The notes beneath the pieces were generated by a model. That model made no database searches, had not been told where the DNA came from, and was given only the letters and a program-made list of their open reading frames with translations. Below are positions 34,369 to 45,306 of a stretch of DNA of 64,000 nt, one piece after another (positions within the stretch are counted from its first letter, which is position 1; every line of letters starts with the position of its first letter). A program made the position numbers and the translations under genes. This DNA comes from Acidiferrobacterales bacterium (lineage in GTDB: Bacteria > Pseudomonadota > Gammaproteobacteria > Acidiferrobacterales > DATGVQ01): NCBI GenBank assembly GCA_035300145.1, contig DATGVQ010000159.1, forward strand, positions 73 to 64,072, read 5' to 3'.

Positions 34369-37104
34369 ATGGCGATCAAAAAGGCAGGACGGAATCTACC
34401 GAACGAATCGGAGAGAATCCACCAAACGAGAGGGAAGGAGTCGGTATTTGATCCCAAGCAATTCGATCAACTCCTGGAAGGCCTCGGCAATCGCTTGGAA
34501 ATATTCCGCACCGCGCTTAAACAAGGCCGCGAGGCGTTAAAACAAAGTCATCTCAACGGCGCGCGTTCCCACGAAATCATCAAGACCCATGCCTGGCTGA
34601 TCGATCAGCTCATCGTGCATGTCTGGAAGCAGCATCTGGCATTATTGCCAAAAGAGACCCGCGCGGCGTTGGTGGCGGTCGGCGGTTACGGTCGCGGCGA
34701 GCTGCACCCGGCATCGGATATCGATCTGATGCTATTGCTGGAAAAAAATCATCATAACCAGGTCAGCGGTTTTTTCGAGGCCTTGCTGCATTTCTTTTGG
34801 GACATGGGGCTGGAGGTGGGGCACAGCGTGCGCTCGTTAAAAGATTGTGCGCGCGAAGGAAAGAAAGACATCACCATCGCCACCAATCTGATGGAAGCGC
34901 GCTTGTTGCAAGGCGATGCCGGCTTATTTAAGACGATGCAAACAATGACCAGCGCGTCGCAGATCTGGCCGAGCAAACAATTCTTCGCGGCGAAATGGCA
35001 AGAGCAAATCGAGCGCCACCATCGCTTCGATGATACCGCCTATAATCTGGAACCGAACATCAAGGAAGGGCCGGGCGGGCTGCGCGATATTCAAATGATT
35101 AGCTGGGTAACCCAGCGTCACTTTGGCACCAATTCCCTGCATGATCTGGTCAAGCTTAAGTTTCTCAGCGAAAAAGAATATCGTGCTTTAATGCACGGAC
35201 GTGATTTCCTTTGGCAGATCCGTAACGGCTTGCATTACCTGGCCGGCCGGCGCGAGGACCGGCTGTTATTCGATTATCAGCGCGCGCTCGCGCTGCAAAT
35301 GCATTACGCCAACAAGCCCGGTAGTCTGGCGGTCGAGCAATTCATGAAGCGCTACTACCGCACCGTCAAAGAACTGGCGCTATTAAACGAAATTCTATTA
35401 CAACATTTCCAAGAAGCGATCCTCGCCCCGCGTAAGGTAAAACAGAAGCCGGTCAACCGCCGGTTCCAATCGCACGACGACTTTATCGAAGCCACGCATC
35501 CGAAGGTATTTGAGCACAGTCCATATGCCATGCTGGAACTTTTTCTTCTGTTACAACAAAACCCGAAACTGAAAGGGGTGCGCGCAAGCACCATTCGCCT
35601 GCTACGCGCCAATCTGCATCGGATCGACCAGAAATTCCGCAAAGACATTGCTTGCCGCAGCCTGTTTATGGAAATTATGCGTCAGCCGCGCGGCATCACC
35701 CATGAATTGCGGCGCATGAATGCTTATGGCGTGCTGGGCGCCTATATTCCTGCATTCGGAAAGATCGTCGGCCAGATGCAGCATGACTTATTCCATGTTT
35801 ATACCGTGGACGAACACAGCGTGTTTGTGGTGCGTAATCTGCGACGCCTTACGGTTCCTGAATTCAAAAATGAATTACCTTTGGCAAGCGCCATTATCCA
35901 GCAACTGGCCAAGCCGGAACGCCTATACCTCGCCGGCCTGTTCCATGATATCGCCAAAGGCCGCGGCGGCGACCATTCCGAACTCGGCGAAAAAGAGGCG
36001 CGCGCATTTTGTAAATTGCACGGCCTAAGCGATTACGATACACGCCTCGTTTGCTGGTTGGTGCGCAATCATTTAATCATGTCGATGACGGCGCAGCGCG
36101 AAGATATCTCCGATCCGGAAGTCGTTCTGCGCTTTGCCAAAAAGGTGGGCGATCAGGAGCATTTGAATAATCTTTATTTATTAACTGCGGCCGATATGCG
36201 TGGCACCAGCCCGAAGGTATGGAATGCCTGGAAGGGAAAGTTGCTGTCTCAGCTTTACGCGGACACACTGCGCGTATTGCGCCGCGGTTTCGGCGCCCCC
36301 ATCGATGTGCAGGCCCATATCGCCGACCTGCGCACCGAGGCCTTGGCGTTGCTTAAACCTAAATTTATACCGGTGGAGTTAATTAATAAACACTGGCAAC
36401 ACATGGACAACGATTATTTTCTGCGCCACGATGTCGAAAGCCTGGCCTGGCACGCGGAAATCATCGCGCCGGCTTCCGCCAGTGACTTGCCTCTGGTGGC
36501 CGCGCGCTACCGGCCGGACTGGGGCAGCAGCGAATTTCTTATCTTCACTCCCGACCGCGAAGATCTATTTGTCGTGTTAACTGCCGGGTTTGACCGGCTG
36601 AACCTCTCGATTATGGATGCGCGCATCCACACTACCCGGTTTGGATTCGCGCTCGATACATTCATCGCCTTCGATCATACGGGCCAGGCGATCTCCGATG
36701 CTAAAATGCTACTGCAATTACAAAATGCTTTACGCGAACAACTGCTGAATCCGCGCCCGGGCAGAAATGTCGCGGCGGTCCATTTACCCCGGCAACTCAA
36801 ACATTTTCCGATTGAGACTAAAGTCAGTTTCAGCCCGTCGAGCAACGGGCAACTGACTTTAATGGAAGCCATCGCCCAAGACCGCCCCGGCCTGCTCTAT
36901 CAAGTGGCGCTGTCGCTGCAGCACTGCAAGGCGCGCCTGGTTACCGCCAAGGTCGCCACCTACGGCGAGCGCGCGGAAGACATGTTCTTCATTACCGACC
37001 GCAATGGTCAGCCTATCGCCGACAATAAACAGCTTTACTGCCTGGCATCGGAGATTTATCAGCGGTTGGCGCCCACCGCTGAAAAAGTGGTGGGTTTGGA
37101 TTAA
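34369..37104 (+). CDS. glnD: Bifunctional PII uridylyltransferase/uridylyl-removing enzyme
   Basis: 911 aa with nucleotidyltransferase (GGYGRGELHPASDIDL), HD (LFHDIAKGRGGDH) and two C-terminal ACT-like regions. Map-glnD synteny. Confidence 0.96.
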   Translation: MAIKKAGRNLPNESERIHQTRGKESVFDPKQFDQLLEGLGNRLEIFRTALKQGREALKQSHLNGARSHEIIKTHAWLIDQLIVHVWKQHLALLPKETRAALVAVGGYGRGELHPASDIDLMLLLEKNHHNQVSGFFEALLHFFWDMGLEVGHSVRSLKDCAREGKKDITIATNLMEARLLQGDAGLFKTMQTMTSASQIWPSKQFFAAKWQEQIERHHRFDDTAYNLEPNIKEGPGGLRDIQMISWVTQRHFGTNSLHDLVKLKFLSEKEYRALMHGRDFLWQIRNGLHYLAGRREDRLLFDYQRALALQMHYANKPGSLAVEQFMKRYYRTVKELALLNEILLQHFQEAILAPRKVKQKPVNRRFQSHDDFIEATHPKVFEHSPYAMLELFLLLQQNPKLKGVRASTIRLLRANLHRIDQKFRKDIACRSLFMEIMRQPRGITHELRRMNAYGVLGAYIPAFGKIVGQMQHDLFHVYTVDEHSVFVVRNLRRLTVPEFKNELPLASAIIQQLAKPERLYLAGLFHDIAKGRGGDHSELGEKEARAFCKLHGLSDYDTRLVCWLVRNHLIMSMTAQREDISDPEVVLRFAKKVGDQEHLNNLYLLTAADMRGTSPKVWNAWKGKLLSQLYADTLRVLRRGFGAPIDVQAHIADLRTEALALLKPKFIPVELINKHWQHMDNDYFLRHDVESLAWHAEIIAPASASDLPLVAARYRPDWGSSEFLIFTPDREDLFVVLTAGFDRLNLSIMDARIHTTRFGFALDTFIAFDHTGQAISDAKMLLQLQNALREQLLNPRPGRNVAAVHLPRQLKHFPIETKVSFSPSSNGQLTLMEAIAQDRPGLLYQVALSLQHCKARLVTAKVATYGERAEDMFFITDRNGQPIADNKQLYCLASEIYQRLAPTAEKVVGLD

Positions 37105-37817
37105 ATTGCCTCGCCCAAATAAGCCTGGCGCACCTTGGGGTTATTTCGCAAGCCCCGCGCCGAGTCGGCCAGAATAATATTCCCGCCTTCCAACACATAG
37201 CCCCGGTCACTGACCTCCAGCGCGAGCTTGGCATTCTGCTCGACCAGCAGCAGGGTCACGCCTTCAGCGGCAATTCGCTTGATAATGGCGAAGATCTTCT
37301 GTACCAACATCGGCGCCAAACCCATGCTTGGTTCATCCAATAACAGAAACTTTGGCCGGTTCATCAGCGCCCGGCCGATCGCCAGCATTTGCTGCTCACC
37401 GCCGGAAAGCGTGCCGGCTTTTTGATTACGGCGTTCGCTTAAACGTGAAAATAAAGCGTATACCCGTTCGATATCCTGTTTGATTTGGAGCGTGTCGTTA
37501 CGCGTATAGGCGCCGAGCTGGAGATTTTCCGCCACGCTTAACCGCCCGAAAATCCCGCGCCCTTCGGGCACGAGCGAAATACCTTTGCGCGCCAACTCGT
37601 ATGCCGGCAGCCCCGCTATTGACGCGCCATCATAAACAATATCGCCGGCGGCCGGAACCAATAAACCGCTCAGGGTCTTAAGCGTCGTGGATTTGCCGGC
37701 GCCGTTAGCGCCGATCAGGCAAACCAATTCACCGTTTTCAACGCGAAGATCGATGCCCTTGACCGCTTTTATTTCGCCATAGGACACGACCAGATTGCGC
37801 ACGACCAGCAGACTCAC
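37101..37817 (-). CDS. livF: Branched-chain amino acid ABC transporter ATPase (LivF type)
   Basis: 238 aa with Walker A GANGAGKST and signature LSGGEQQ. Confidence 0.92.
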   Translation of the reverse strand: MSLLVVRNLVVSYGEIKAVKGIDLRVENGELVCLIGANGAGKSTTLKTLSGLLVPAAGDIVYDGASIAGLPAYELARKGISLVPEGRGIFGRLSVAENLQLGAYTRNDTLQIKQDIERVYALFSRLSERRNQKAGTLSGGEQQMLAIGRALMNRPKFLLLDEPSMGLAPMLVQKIFAIIKRIAAEGVTLLLVEQNAKLALEVSDRGYVLEGGNIILADSARGLRNNPKVRQAYLGEAI

Positions 37818-38638
37818 GCTTGTTCCCCGTTGATTTCGCCGCCCAAGTAGGCGGCGATCACCTTTGGATCACGCTGGATCTCGGCCGGCACGCCTTCGGC
37901 GATTTTTTCGCCATAATCCAACACGGCAACGCGGTCGCATAAGCCCATCACCAATTTAACGTCATGCTCGATCAATAAAATGGTCACGCCGTCGCGCGCA
38001 ATAGTATGCAGCAATTCTTTTAGTCCGGCGGTCTCGCTTGCATTCATACCCGCCGCCGGCTCGTCGAGTGCCAGCAGCTCCGGATCGGTAGCGAGCGCAC
38101 GCGCGATTTCCAGCCGGCGTTGGTCGCCGTAGGCCAGATGCCTGGCCAAGGTCTGCGCATGCGGCGCAAGACCCACATAAACAAGCAGCTCTCGCGCCCG
38201 GCTGCAAATAGCCGATTCTTCCGCAAGCGTGCGCACGCCGCGCATAATGGCGCCAACGACACCCGCATGCGTGCGCACATGCCGCCCGACCATGATATTT
38301 TCCAACGCGGTCATGTTGGCAAACAGGCGGATGTTTTGAAACGTGCGCGCGATCCCGCTGTGCGCTACCTGGTGCGGTTTTAAATGCGAAAGCGGGTGCT
38401 CATTCAGGCGTATTTGCCCGGAATCGGCGGTGTAAAGCCCGGTTAGAACGTTAAATAGTGTGGTCTTACCGGCGCCGTTCGGGCCGATCAAGCCGTAGAT
38501 CTCTCCCCGGCGGATGGTCAGCGATACCTGGTTCAATGCCGCAAGCCCGCCGAAATGTTTAGAAACGCCGTCTACCCTAAGCAAAATAGCGTCGGGCGCT
38601 GATTTGTCGGTGGCGGAATTTTTATCGCTGCGTATCAT
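37814..38638 (-). CDS. livG: Branched-chain amino acid ABC transporter ATPase (LivG type)
   Basis: 274 aa with Walker A GPNGAGKTT. Confidence 0.92.
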   Translation of the reverse strand: MIRSDKNSATDKSAPDAILLRVDGVSKHFGGLAALNQVSLTIRRGEIYGLIGPNGAGKTTLFNVLTGLYTADSGQIRLNEHPLSHLKPHQVAHSGIARTFQNIRLFANMTALENIMVGRHVRTHAGVVGAIMRGVRTLAEESAICSRARELLVYVGLAPHAQTLARHLAYGDQRRLEIARALATDPELLALDEPAAGMNASETAGLKELLHTIARDGVTILLIEHDVKLVMGLCDRVAVLDYGEKIAEGVPAEIQRDPKVIAAYLGGEINGEQA

Positions 38639-39752
38639 AGAGGGAGGATTGTTCCTGCGCGAGTACCGATGAAGCCGCGCCCAATTCCTGGCGCCGTTGC
38701 ACCGAGGGCAGCAGCCCCGCCGGGCGGAAGATCATAATCAGTACCAGCGCCAACCCAAAAAGCAGCATGCGCAAATCGGCCGGGTCAACCAATATATGGC
38801 CGAATAGATAATCTTGCAGCGGGCCGATGTAGCGCAGGGCCTCGGGCAACGTCGTGAGCAGCATTGCGCCGAGAATCACGCCGGGAATATTGCCCATGCC
38901 GCCCAAAACGATCATGCACAAAATCATGATCGACTCCATCAAGTTGAAACTCTCCGGGCTGACAAAGCCTTGAAAGCCGGCGAATAACCCGCCGCTTACC
39001 CCGCCGAACGAGGCACCCACGGCGAATGCGAGCAGCTTGATGTTGCGGGTATCAATCCCCATCGCCGCCGCCGCGACTTCATCTTCGCGTATCGCCACCC
39101 AGGCGCGGCCGATGCGCGAATTCTGCAAACGCAGAGAAATAAATACCACTAAAAGCGCGAGCGCTAAAAACAAATAGTAATAGTTATAAATGCCGGGAAA
39201 GGATATGCCGAAGAGCTGATGGGTGCGACTAAAAGAAAATCCACCCAACGCAATGGGATCAATCAAATTAACGCCTTGCGGACCGTTAGTAATGTTGATC
39301 GGTGCATTTAAATTATTGAGAAAGATGCGGATGATTTCACCGAACCCCAGGGTTACGATCGCCAGATAATCCCCGCGCAAGCGCAAGGTCGGCGCACCCA
39401 ATAGAACTCCAAACAAACCTGCCAATGCTGCACCCGCCGGCAACAGCACCCAAAACGGCAGGTGCAGACCGAAATGCGGTGACGCCAACAGCGCGTACAG
39501 ATACGCCCCCACGGCATAAAACGCGACGTAACCCAAATCCAGTAAGCCGGCGTAACCTACGACAATGTTGAGGCCTAATGCGAGCAGAATATAAAGCAGG
39601 GTGAAATCCAGAATGCGCACCCAGGTGCGGCCTAAGCCGGCGCTCACTAAAAACGGCAGCACCGCAAGCACAACGCCCAACAAAATAAACGCCGTCCACG
39701 CCGCGCGCCGGTCGTGCCGTAATTTTTGCCAACGGGAATGGAGGGAGAACAT
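38622..39752 (-). CDS. livM: Branched-chain amino acid ABC transporter permease (LivM type)
   Basis: 376 aa, polytopic, in the liv operon context. Confidence 0.9.
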   Translation of the reverse strand: MFSLHSRWQKLRHDRRAAWTAFILLGVVLAVLPFLVSAGLGRTWVRILDFTLLYILLALGLNIVVGYAGLLDLGYVAFYAVGAYLYALLASPHFGLHLPFWVLLPAGAALAGLFGVLLGAPTLRLRGDYLAIVTLGFGEIIRIFLNNLNAPINITNGPQGVNLIDPIALGGFSFSRTHQLFGISFPGIYNYYYLFLALALLVVFISLRLQNSRIGRAWVAIREDEVAAAAMGIDTRNIKLLAFAVGASFGGVSGGLFAGFQGFVSPESFNLMESIMILCMIVLGGMGNIPGVILGAMLLTTLPEALRYIGPLQDYLFGHILVDPADLRMLLFGLALVLIMIFRPAGLLPSVQRRQELGAASSVLAQEQSSLYDTQR

Positions 39753-39766
39753 TTTTTGCTTTCGAA

Positions 39767-40696
39767 TCAGGAACGCTCTGCTACGCGTTCGCCTAACAGG
39801 CCGGAAGGACGCAACGTCAATACAATGATTAAGACAAAAAAGGCCAAGACATCCTGATAGTGGCTGCCGAGGAATCCACCGGTTAACGTACCCATATAAC
39901 CTGCACCCACGCTTTCAATCAGGCCAAGCAGGAGACCGCCGAGCATGGCGCCGGCGATATTGCCGATGCCGCCCAATACCGCGGCGGTGAACGCCTTCAG
40001 GCCCAACAAAAATCCCATGTAATAATGCGCCAGGCCGTAATAGGCGCTCACCATCACGCCGGCGACCGCGGCCAGCGCCGCGCCTAAAATAAACGTGAGC
40101 GAGATGATGTGATTGATGTTGATCCCCATTAACCCGGCGATTTCCGGCGCTTGCGCGGTGGCGCGCATCGCGCGTCCGAGCTTGGTCTTCTGGATTAGAA
40201 ACAAAAGGCCGACCATCAATAGGCAAGACAGCGCTACGATGGTTATTTGCAGACCGGTCAGCGTCGCGCCACCGACGTCAAAACGCACCACCGGCAATAA
40301 CAGCGGAAAGGAAATGTATTGCTTACCCCAAATCAGCATGGCGACGTTTTGCAGCACGATCGACACACCAATGGCAGTAATGAGCGGAGCCAGTCGTGGC
40401 GCCCGGCGCAAAGGCCGGTAAGCGATGCGCTCGATGGTAAAACCGAGCACCATGCAAACGGCGATGGCGGACAGCAAACCGAGCGCCAGAATTAAAACCA
40501 CCGGCATGCCGGCGCCGCTTGCCAATAACGCCTGGATCACGGCGAGACATGTCAGCGCGCCGAACATGGTGATTTCGCCATGGGCAAAATTAATCAGCTC
40601 AAGGATGCCGTAAACCATGGTGTAGCCGAGCGCGACTAAGGCGTATATGCTTCCCAGCACCAGCCCATTAATCAGTTGCTGAAGAAAAATATCCAA
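39767..40696 (-). CDS. livH: Branched-chain amino acid ABC transporter permease (LivH type)
   Basis: Start reassigned to the TTG at 40696-40694 (M)DIFLQQLINGLVLGSIYAL, preceded by GGGAGG with a 7-nt spacer. The 55 upstream codons of the track ORF translate a REP pair. Confidence 0.88.
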   Translation of the reverse strand: MDIFLQQLINGLVLGSIYALVALGYTMVYGILELINFAHGEITMFGALTCLAVIQALLASGAGMPVVLILALGLLSAIAVCMVLGFTIERIAYRPLRRAPRLAPLITAIGVSIVLQNVAMLIWGKQYISFPLLLPVVRFDVGGATLTGLQITIVALSCLLMVGLLFLIQKTKLGRAMRATAQAPEIAGLMGININHIISLTFILGAALAAVAGVMVSAYYGLAHYYMGFLLGLKAFTAAVLGGIGNIAGAMLGGLLLGLIESVGAGYMGTLTGGFLGSHYQDVLAFFVLIIVLTLRPSGLLGERVAERS

Positions 40697-40733
40697 AACG
40701 CCGCCTCCCAAGATCGAATTAATCGCGGTATTT

Positions 40734-40798
40734 GTAGGTGGGCAGCACCCACCGCATGGCTTCGGTCCCGGTCCAAGGGTGGGCGGTGCCCACCCTAC
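40734..40798. repeat. Inverted pair of REP hairpins (BIME-like) between livJ-like gene and livH
   Basis: GTAGGTGGGCagcaCCCACC (40734-40753) and GGGTGGGCggtGCCCACCCTAC (40777-40798). The TAG stop of the upstream binding-protein gene (40795-40797) lies inside the second REP. Confidence 0.8.
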
Positions 40799-41994
40799 GA
40801 TTTTTTGCCCGCCGAGGCCGGCGCCGCGGTTCCGCTGGAAACGGTCTCCAGCACCACCCACTGGCCGTTCTTCACTTGGTACAGGGTGATGGCGCCGCCC
40901 TTGATGTCGCCCTTTTCATCGAACTGAATCGGGCCGGTGACGCCGGTGTACTGGATTTTGGCGAGCGCCGGCAAATATTTATTCGGCTCAGCGGAACCCG
41001 TTTGTTTCATCGCCTCGATCATGACTGATACGGCATCGTAGGCATAGGGCGCATAAATCTGCACCTGGCCGTATTTAGCATTGAATTTTTCCTGAAACGC
41101 CTTGCCGCCCGGCATATTCGCCAGCGGCAACCCCGGCGAAGAGGCGGTCACGCCTTCGGCATCGCTGCCTGCGAGGTGGATAAACTCCACCGACTGCGCG
41201 CCGTCACCGCCGAGAAATTTTGCCTTTAGGCCCAGCGACTTCATTTGCTTAGCCATGGGCGCGGCTTGCGCATCCATACCGCCGTAGAAAAGCAAATCCG
41301 GTTTTTTCGCTTTGATGGAAGTGAGAATCGCCATAAAGTCAGTTGATTTATCCGTCGTGTATTCGCGCGCCACCACTTGCCCACCGGCGGCTTTCGCTGC
41401 GCGCTCGACCTCATCGGCAAGCCCTTGACCATAAGCGGTGCGATCATCGATGATCGCGATCTTAGCCGCAGCCATTTTTTTAACGGCATATTCGCCCAGC
41501 ACTGTTCCCTGTTGTTTGTCATTGGTCATTACCCGGAAGGCGGTGTTGAATCCTTGCGCGGTATAAGCAATGGCGGTGGCGGACGGCGAGATTTGCGGGA
41601 TGCCGGCGTCGAAATAGACTTTGGAGGCGGGAATGCTGGTGCCGGAGTTGAGGTGCCCGATCACCCCTTTCACTTGCTGGTCGACCAACTTTTGCGCGAC
41701 GATGGTTGCCGTCTTGGGATCGGCCTGATCATCTTCCGCGAGCAATTCAAACCTGACTTTCTTCCCAGCGATAACCGGCACTTGCGCATTGGCTTCCTCT
41801 ATCGCCAGGCGCGCACCGTTTTCATTATCTTTGCCAAGGTGCGCAATGGAACCGGTAACCGGCTCGACTGAGCCGATTTTAATGATCTCCACGCCTTGCG
41901 CGCGGTCTTTGTCTTGTTTGCCGCAAGCGACCAGCCCCAACCCCGTACCAAGCATAAGCATTAAAACCTGCGGCAACAGATACCGGTTTTTCAC
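40795..41994 (-). CDS. Leu/Ile/Val-type periplasmic binding lipoprotein of the Liv ABC system
   Basis: 399 aa with lipobox GLVAC. Type-I periplasmic binding-protein pattern, first gene of the liv cluster. Confidence 0.88.
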   Translation of the reverse strand: MKNRYLLPQVLMLMLGTGLGLVACGKQDKDRAQGVEIIKIGSVEPVTGSIAHLGKDNENGARLAIEEANAQVPVIAGKKVRFELLAEDDQADPKTATIVAQKLVDQQVKGVIGHLNSGTSIPASKVYFDAGIPQISPSATAIAYTAQGFNTAFRVMTNDKQQGTVLGEYAVKKMAAAKIAIIDDRTAYGQGLADEVERAAKAAGGQVVAREYTTDKSTDFMAILTSIKAKKPDLLFYGGMDAQAAPMAKQMKSLGLKAKFLGGDGAQSVEFIHLAGSDAEGVTASSPGLPLANMPGGKAFQEKFNAKYGQVQIYAPYAYDAVSVMIEAMKQTGSAEPNKYLPALAKIQYTGVTGPIQFDEKGDIKGGAITLYQVKNGQWVVLETVSSGTAAPASAGKKS

Positions 41995-42109
41995 AAGGCG
42001 TCTCCTTAGTGATAGAAAATATTATTGTTAAGTTAAGTCTACCGTAGAAGCTCCTGACTAGCCTAGCGGCTGGGGAAAAATCGTCTTGCAAACAGTGAGT
42101 ATCCCACTA

Positions 42110-43303
42110 TTAGAGTTCGTGCGGTTTATCCGCGGCGTGGTTGGAAACCGTGGTCGGCAAGCCGCGGCGCGCCAATAATCTGGGCGCGGCGCGTTGCAGG
42201 CCGTTAAAAATTCCCTTGGCGATTCTGCGCTGAAAATTTTTATCGCGCAGCTTTTTTTCCTCGTCAGGATTGGAGATAAATGCGGTCTCGATCAGAATCG
42301 AGGGCATACGGTGCGAGCGTAGCACCACGAAGTTGGCCTGACTGACGTCACCGATATGTACCGGGCCGATCCGCCTAAGCTCCGTTAATATATCGTCGCC
42401 GAGTTCCACGCTGGAGCTGATGGTGCCAGTCTGCCACATCTCGACCAATACCTTGGTTAAAACGTCATCCTTTTCGTTCAAACTCACGCCACCGATTAAA
42501 TCTGCAGCATTTTCCTGTTTCGCCAAGAGGGCGGCTTCTGTGTTCGCGCCCGTTTCCGACAACGCATAAACCGACGCGCCGCGCACCCGGCGCGTTTTTC
42601 CCGGCATGGCGTCCGCGTGTATGGAAATGAAGGCGTCAGGATCATGCTTGCGCGCCTCCTCGATGCGCCCGCGCAGGGAAATATAATAATCGCCATCGCG
42701 CACTAAAAACGCACGCATCCCGGGCGTGGCGTTGATTAATTTGCGCAACTCGCGGGCAATCGCCAACACCACGTCTTTTTCGCGCGTGCGCTTACGCCCG
42801 ATCGCGCCCGGATCTTCGCCGCCATGGCCGGCGTCAATCGCGATGACCAGCTTCTGGTTTACCGGCTTCGGCAGCGGTAAAACCGGTTTTTCCTCCTCGG
42901 CCGCCAGCTTGGCGTCGTATAAGTCGACCACTAAACGATGGCCATATTGTTCGTAAGGCTTCAAAATAAACGTGCGCGGGCGGGTTTCGGTTTTTAGATC
43001 GAGCACGATGCGCACATCGCTTTCGCCGCGCGCGCCGGCGCGCACGCCGGCAAGTCTCGGATCGCTTGCATCGAGCGCCGGCACCGCCCCCTGGAAACTG
43101 GCATTTTCCATATCGACGACGATGCGATCCGGATCTTTCAGGGTAAATAAGCGATGCTCCAGTGGACCGCTTAAATCAAACACCAAACGCGTGTGATCCG
43201 GCGCCTGCCACACGCGCAGGTTATGTACGGTGACAACATCCGCCTGGCCGCACATGGAAATGAGGCCGAAGAAAAGCAGCAGAAAAACGCCGATTGTTTT
43301 CAT
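42110..43303 (-). CDS. amiB: N-acetylmuramoyl-L-alanine amidase (AMIN domain + amidase_3)
   Basis: 397 aa with a signal peptide, AMIN-like N-domain (VHNLRVWQAPDHTRLVFDL) and catalytic domain (VIAIDAGHGGEDPGA). The nnr-tsaE-amiB order matches E. coli yjeF-yjeE-amiB. Confidence 0.9.
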   Translation of the reverse strand: MKTIGVFLLLFFGLISMCGQADVVTVHNLRVWQAPDHTRLVFDLSGPLEHRLFTLKDPDRIVVDMENASFQGAVPALDASDPRLAGVRAGARGESDVRIVLDLKTETRPRTFILKPYEQYGHRLVVDLYDAKLAAEEEKPVLPLPKPVNQKLVIAIDAGHGGEDPGAIGRKRTREKDVVLAIARELRKLINATPGMRAFLVRDGDYYISLRGRIEEARKHDPDAFISIHADAMPGKTRRVRGASVYALSETGANTEAALLAKQENAADLIGGVSLNEKDDVLTKVLVEMWQTGTISSSVELGDDILTELRRIGPVHIGDVSQANFVVLRSHRMPSILIETAFISNPDEEKKLRDKNFQRRIAKGIFNGLQRAAPRLLARRGLPTTVSNHAADKPHEL

Positions 43304-43316
43304 CTAACTTTGACGC

Positions 43317-43787
43317 CTACTCCAAACCGTTAAGCAACGCTTTACCCTCATCAGAGCGCGCTTCAAACCGCGCCATACGTCCATCATCAATCGAGTAAAT
43401 AAAAACGTCAACATCCGCCGGCGGCAAAAACCCTTCCCCCCGCTCCGGCCATTCTATTAAACAAACACCTTGAGCCTGAAGATAGTCGCGCAGACCGAGA
43501 AATTCCAATTCTTCCGGGTGTTTGAGCCGGTATAAATCGAAATGAAAAATGGCGTGGCCGGGCAAAAAATAAGGTTCTATTAGGGTATAAGTGGGACTTT
43601 TTACCGCGCCTTGATGGCCTAATCCATGCAATAGGCCGCGCACCAGCGTGGTTTTGCCCGCACCCAGTTCGCCGCGCAAAAAAATCACCGAGCCTGCGCG
43701 CAATCCGGCCGCCAAACGCGCGCCCAGGACCTCGGTATCTGCGGCTGTCTTTAGCCGTTTTTCAATCCGCACGGGCATGCATCGCAT
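43317..43787 (-). CDS. tsaE: tRNA t6A biosynthesis ATPase TsaE
   Basis: 156 aa with P-loop GELGAGKTT. Confidence 0.93.
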   Translation of the reverse strand: MRCMPVRIEKRLKTAADTEVLGARLAAGLRAGSVIFLRGELGAGKTTLVRGLLHGLGHQGAVKSPTYTLIEPYFLPGHAIFHFDLYRLKHPEELEFLGLRDYLQAQGVCLIEWPERGEGFLPPADVDVFIYSIDDGRMARFEARSDEGKALLNGLE

Positions 43788-45306
43788 TGATTTGGCGGCG
43801 GATATGCGGCATCAAGTCAGCGGCCATTAAGCCGATCTCACCGCCCGCTCGCGCCGCCGCGTCGCCGGCACTGGCGTGTATCCACACCGCCAGGCGTGCC
43901 GCATCCATCGGCTTCAAGCCCTGTGCCACCATCGCCGCGATAATGCCGGTCAACACGTCGCCCATGCCGCCGCTCGCCATGCCCGGATTGCCGCGGTCGC
44001 ACAGCCAAACATCGGATGCACCCGCCGCAATCAAACTGCCGGCGCCCTTAAGTACGCATACGCCGCCATAACGCTGCGTGAGCTTGCCCACGGCGGCAAA
44101 CCGATCCGCCTGAATCTCCGCGGTCGTGCAGCCCAGCAGGCGCGCGGCTTCCCCGGGATGGGGGGTCAAGATCCAGTCCGGGCGCTGCATCGGATCATGC
44201 GCCAGCAAATTCAGTCCATCGGCATCCACCACTAACGGCAACTTGCAATCAAGCGCCTGTTGCCACAGCTTGCGTCCCCAATCCGCCTGGCTCAAACCGC
44301 AACCAATGGCGACAACATCCGCGCGCGCAAACGCAGCGCGCAATTGCGCCCTATCCTCAATCCCATAAGAGATCAATTCAGGCCGCGCGCCGCTAAGCTG
44401 GGCGGCATGGCTGGGATGGGTGGCCAGGCTTACCAAGCCGGCGCCGGCACGATACGCCGCTTCGCCCGCCATGCGCACCGCGCCGCCCATGCCCGGGGCG
44501 CCGCCGATAATCAACACATGGCCGTGATCACCTTTATGCGCATCGCGCCGGCGGCGTGGCACTAACGGGTGTAACGTCTTTTCAGTAATCCGGCGCCCCA
44601 GGGGTTGGATACGATCATAAAGCGCGGCCGGCACGTCGAGACCGGCAAAAAGAATTTCACCGCAATACGCCGGTCCCTGCGCCGTGAACAGTCCGGCTTT
44701 CAGGCCGATAAAAGTGATGGTGACGGTCGCCTGCACCGCCACGCCCAAAACCCGGCCGGTATCGGCATGTAGGCCGGAAGGTAGATCCAGCGCCAATACC
44801 GGCTTCGCCAGCGCATTCGTGGCGGTAATCGCCTCACGCCAAATCCCGGTCACCTCGCGTTCAAGCCCGGTGCCGAAGAGGGCATCGACGATGACGTCAC
44901 AATCTTGTAAGCGCTCAGGCGCAAATGCATCAACTGCGCAGCCGGTTCCCGGCAAAGCCTGGCACGCCGCCAACGCCGCGCCGGTCAATTGCTCCGGGGC
45001 GCCTAACGCCATCACCACCGGCTGTAAACCGGCCAACTGGGCAAGGCGCGCGACCACATAGCCATCCCCGCCGTTATTTCCCGACCCGCATAGCACCGCG
45101 ATGCGCCGCGCGCTCGGCCAGTTCCAGCGCAGGACGTTGAACGCCGCTGCGCCGGCACGCTCCATCAGCCTGCCATCAGCAATGCCGTACTCTGCGGCGG
45201 CAAGCCGGTCCAGCTCGCGCGCGTGCGCGGCGGAGTAGAGCGCTTGCGGTAATTCCTGCGCTACCGGCCTATCCTTACGCGTCTGCTTACTTAAAGAAAT
45301 GCTCAC
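43762..45306 (-). CDS. nnr: Bifunctional NAD(P)H-hydrate repair enzyme (epimerase/dehydratase)
   Basis: 514 aa with a YjeF_N domain (GSGNNGGDG) plus a C-terminal carbohydrate-kinase domain. Confidence 0.93.
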   Translation of the reverse strand: MSISLSKQTRKDRPVAQELPQALYSAAHARELDRLAAAEYGIADGRLMERAGAAAFNVLRWNWPSARRIAVLCGSGNNGGDGYVVARLAQLAGLQPVVMALGAPEQLTGAALAACQALPGTGCAVDAFAPERLQDCDVIVDALFGTGLEREVTGIWREAITATNALAKPVLALDLPSGLHADTGRVLGVAVQATVTITFIGLKAGLFTAQGPAYCGEILFAGLDVPAALYDRIQPLGRRITEKTLHPLVPRRRRDAHKGDHGHVLIIGGAPGMGGAVRMAGEAAYRAGAGLVSLATHPSHAAQLSGARPELISYGIEDRAQLRAAFARADVVAIGCGLSQADWGRKLWQQALDCKLPLVVDADGLNLLAHDPMQRPDWILTPHPGEAARLLGCTTAEIQADRFAAVGKLTQRYGGVCVLKGAGSLIAAGASDVWLCDRGNPGMASGGMGDVLTGIIAAMVAQGLKPMDAARLAVWIHASAGDAAARAGGEIGLMAADLMPHIRRQINAMHARAD

